Origin: Synechococcales cyanobacterium VAR_4_metabat_354
GTDB taxonomy: Bacteria > Cyanobacteriota > Cyanobacteriia > Cyanobacteriales > Chamaesiphonaceae
Direction: 5' to 3'
DNA length: 64,000 nucleotides
NCBI GenBank assembly: GCA_031414775.1
Contig: JANOQI010000046.1
Coordinates: 32,001 to 96,000 of the forward strand
Shown here: positions 62,319 to 64,000 of the stretch, one piece after another
Position numbering within the stretch: position 1 is the first letter of the stretch
Layout of the letters: every line of letters begins with the position of its first letter
Notes under the pieces: model-generated
Told to the model about the DNA's origin: nothing
Seen by the model: the letters and a program-made list of their open reading frames with translations, nothing else
Databases searched by the model: none
Position numbers and translations under genes: made by a program

Positions 62319-62353
62319 TCAGCAAAGGAAAGAAGATTTGTTAGAGTTTTCTA

Positions 62354-62413
62354 TCTACCAATGGAGAGAATAGATAGCCAACCATGATGGAATTATTTGT
62401 ATCGATCGATAGA
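62354..62413. promoter_or_regulatory. Paired palindromic boxes upstream of stress operon
   Basis: TCTACC-AATG-GAGAGA (62354-62369) and TGTATC-GATC-GATAGA (62398-62413). Confidence 0.5.
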
Positions 62414-62515
62414 GCTGCCAATGCATCATTCAGCAGATGTACTTATTAACCAACTCCCATATGCTTAGAGTGTTACAGAAGCCATGATGGCCAATCTGTA
62501 AATGTCCTAACAATT

Positions 62516-62878
62516 ATGAGTGGCAATCCAATGACTACTAAAAGCTCTCAAACAAATGTGCCCCAGCATGATGTTTTAGAAATAGTGATTCCACAAGATC
62601 AAGAAGGTACCGAGCTATATGACACCCCCACCCCTGATAGCTACGATCCACACATAGTTCCAGCTGAAACAGCAGCTAGAAAAGAGCGGGAGGGAGATAA
62701 TTTCAAACATCTGGCTGAACACCCTCTCGGATCTAATAGCATCGATACGACTGGTGGTTTTACTGTTGACAAAGAAGGATTGGTGAATAATTTCGGCATT
62801 GAACCAGAAATGTACTACGAAACACCTGGCGATGTATCAGACGAAGAAAACAGCGATTTAGAGCAGCTAGACATGTAA
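62516..62878 (+). CDS. Acidic hydrophilic hypothetical protein
   Basis: IVPAETAARKEREG...DTTGGFTVDKEGLVNNFGIEPEMYYETPGD; D/E-rich. Confidence 0.8.
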   Translation: MSGNPMTTKSSQTNVPQHDVLEIVIPQDQEGTELYDTPTPDSYDPHIVPAETAARKEREGDNFKHLAEHPLGSNSIDTTGGFTVDKEGLVNNFGIEPEMYYETPGDVSDEENSDLEQLDM

Positions 62879-62946
62879 CTAAATATCCGTGTCGTGACGC
62901 ATGGATACTACCCAAGTCAATATAAATAAACCTTAGGAGAAACCTA

Positions 62947-63564
62947 ATGATGTTAATGCAACGAGCTATTGGTATATTTTCAAGCTATGAAGCAACTGAA
63001 ACTGCCCTGCGGGAGCTAAAAGATCGTGGATTTTTGATGGATCGAGTTTCGATAGTAGGAAACGATATTAATCGTCACACTGAAGTTACAGGAGCCAATA
63101 CCAGCGGTCGGCTAGCAGATATTGGCAACATGGATAGCCATGATAACGAAGCTGAAGAAACAGCTCAAAAGGGCGCTGTAGCTGGTGGCACATTGGGAGG
63201 CTTAACTGGTTTACTGGTGGGCTTAGGGGCGATCGCCATTCCTGGTGTCGGTCCAGTAATGCTAGCTGGTGCAGCCGCAACTGCGATCGCCACAGCTATT
63301 TCAGGTAGTGTTATCGGTGCTGCTGCTGGTAGCTTGACTGGTGGACTAGTAGGTTTGCAGATTCCCGAAGACCGCGCCCAGGTCTATAGTGACCGGGTTT
63401 CCCAGGGTGATTATTTAGTAATGGTGGAAGGATCGGAAGCAGATATTGCTGTGGCTGAATCAGTTTTCAGTAAGCACCGCATTCATGAATGGTATGTTTA
63501 CGACTTGCATGGTGAATCGGTACCAACTGTGACCACAACTTTTCCTCCTCACCCACGTGCTTAA
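62947..63564 (+). CDS. General stress protein (Gly-zipper membrane segment), paralog of 35982-36770
   Basis: RAIGIF..E.ALRELKDRGF..DRVSIVG and GGLTGLLVGLGAIAIPGVGPVMLAG; AGGAG RBS. Confidence 0.85.
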   Translation: MMLMQRAIGIFSSYEATETALRELKDRGFLMDRVSIVGNDINRHTEVTGANTSGRLADIGNMDSHDNEAEETAQKGAVAGGTLGGLTGLLVGLGAIAIPGVGPVMLAGAAATAIATAISGSVIGAAAGSLTGGLVGLQIPEDRAQVYSDRVSQGDYLVMVEGSEADIAVAESVFSKHRIHEWYVYDLHGESVPTVTTTFPPHPRA

Positions 63565-63611
63565 AAACTGAGCAGTAAATCAACCCAATAATTATAGTTA
63601 AGGATGACAAA

Positions 63612-64000
63612 ATGAACAAGTTTACTAAGGCAAACTATCCTCGGTTCTTACTGGTTGGCACCTTGCTGATGATCACGGTATCGGCCTGCAGTGAGACCAA
63701 AACAGCATCTGATGCACCTAGTTCGACAGACAACAATGGACAAGTCACCACAGCAGAAAATGGTAAAGTCACTCAAGATGATGGTCAAAGTGAAGTGCGT
63801 AAAAAGCAGCTAGAATCAGATATCCGAGCGCGGGAACAGCGAAATAACATAGGTGGTGATCCCCAAAAGCGCACGGAGGGAGATTTAGCCAGTGAAGTGC
63901 GCAGCAAGCTAGAGGCCAACATCCCTAGTAGTAAGCTTACGGTAGCTGCCAAGAACGCTGATATTACTGTATCAGGCGTGGTAACCAACAAAGATCAATT
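63612..64000 (+). CDS. BON-domain lipoprotein, 3' end outside window
   Basis: Not in ORF track: MNKFTKANYPRFLLVGTLLMITVSAC (lipobox)...SDIRAREQRNN...DLASEVRSKLEANIP..LTV....ITVSG. Confidence 0.85.
   Translation, partial: MNKFTKANYPRFLLVGTLLMITVSACSETKTASDAPSSTDNNGQVTTAENGKVTQDDGQSEVRKKQLESDIRAREQRNNIGGDPQKRTEGDLASEVRSKLEANIPSSKLTVAAKNADITVSGVVTNKDQ

Noticed and set aside
63785..63991. 68-aa minus-strand ORF, and the many other short antisense ORFs in the track
   Set aside because: Shadows of well-supported opposite-strand genes, here the BON lipoprotein.

Overview
Chromosomal window of a cyanobacterium. Evidence: ndhAIGE, a PatA-type chemosensory operon, tocopherol genes and a very high density of the HIP1 core CGATCG, often with non-canonical flanks such as TCGATCGA. 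Core loci are rpsB-tsf, gamma-tocopherol methyltransferase-hppD, tRNA-Gly(CCC), dxs, ubiD, pepN, purT, rnd-hisF, tRNA-Ala(GGC), ndhAIGE, a photolyase and a phosphohexomutase. Four accessory blocks lie between them. (i) A patA-cheY-cheW-MCP-cheA operon. (ii) A tnpB-only IS200/IS605 element (16079-17358, predicted TAM TCAT) inserted exactly at the ATG of an unannotated, doubly deleted CBS-CP12 pseudogene. (iii) A ~22 kb signalling/stress block (19-41.5 kb): a CheB-CheR-PAS-HK-REC fusion, a biliverdin-type phytochrome/Rcp/REC-GAF-HK operon, kdpABGCD, Dps, GlsB, CsbD-like and ChaB-fused stress genes, a PAS kinase and a GT4. (iv) A second stress block from 58 kb to the end, behind an IS630 relic: paired Cys/His-motif small membrane proteins, a PRC-barrel protein, a sterol-desaturase-family enzyme, a general stress protein and a BON lipoprotein. 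The most notable unannotated signal is a 16-bp palindrome, TCTAYC-N4-GRTAGA. It recurs, often in pairs, upstream of the stress operons in both blocks and possibly of the phytochrome operon, and is a candidate operator of a desiccation/osmotic stress regulon. Two small membrane-protein ORFs missing from the ORF track were found, one behind a perfect HLR1 (RpaB) box. All calls come from manual reading; no searches were run.
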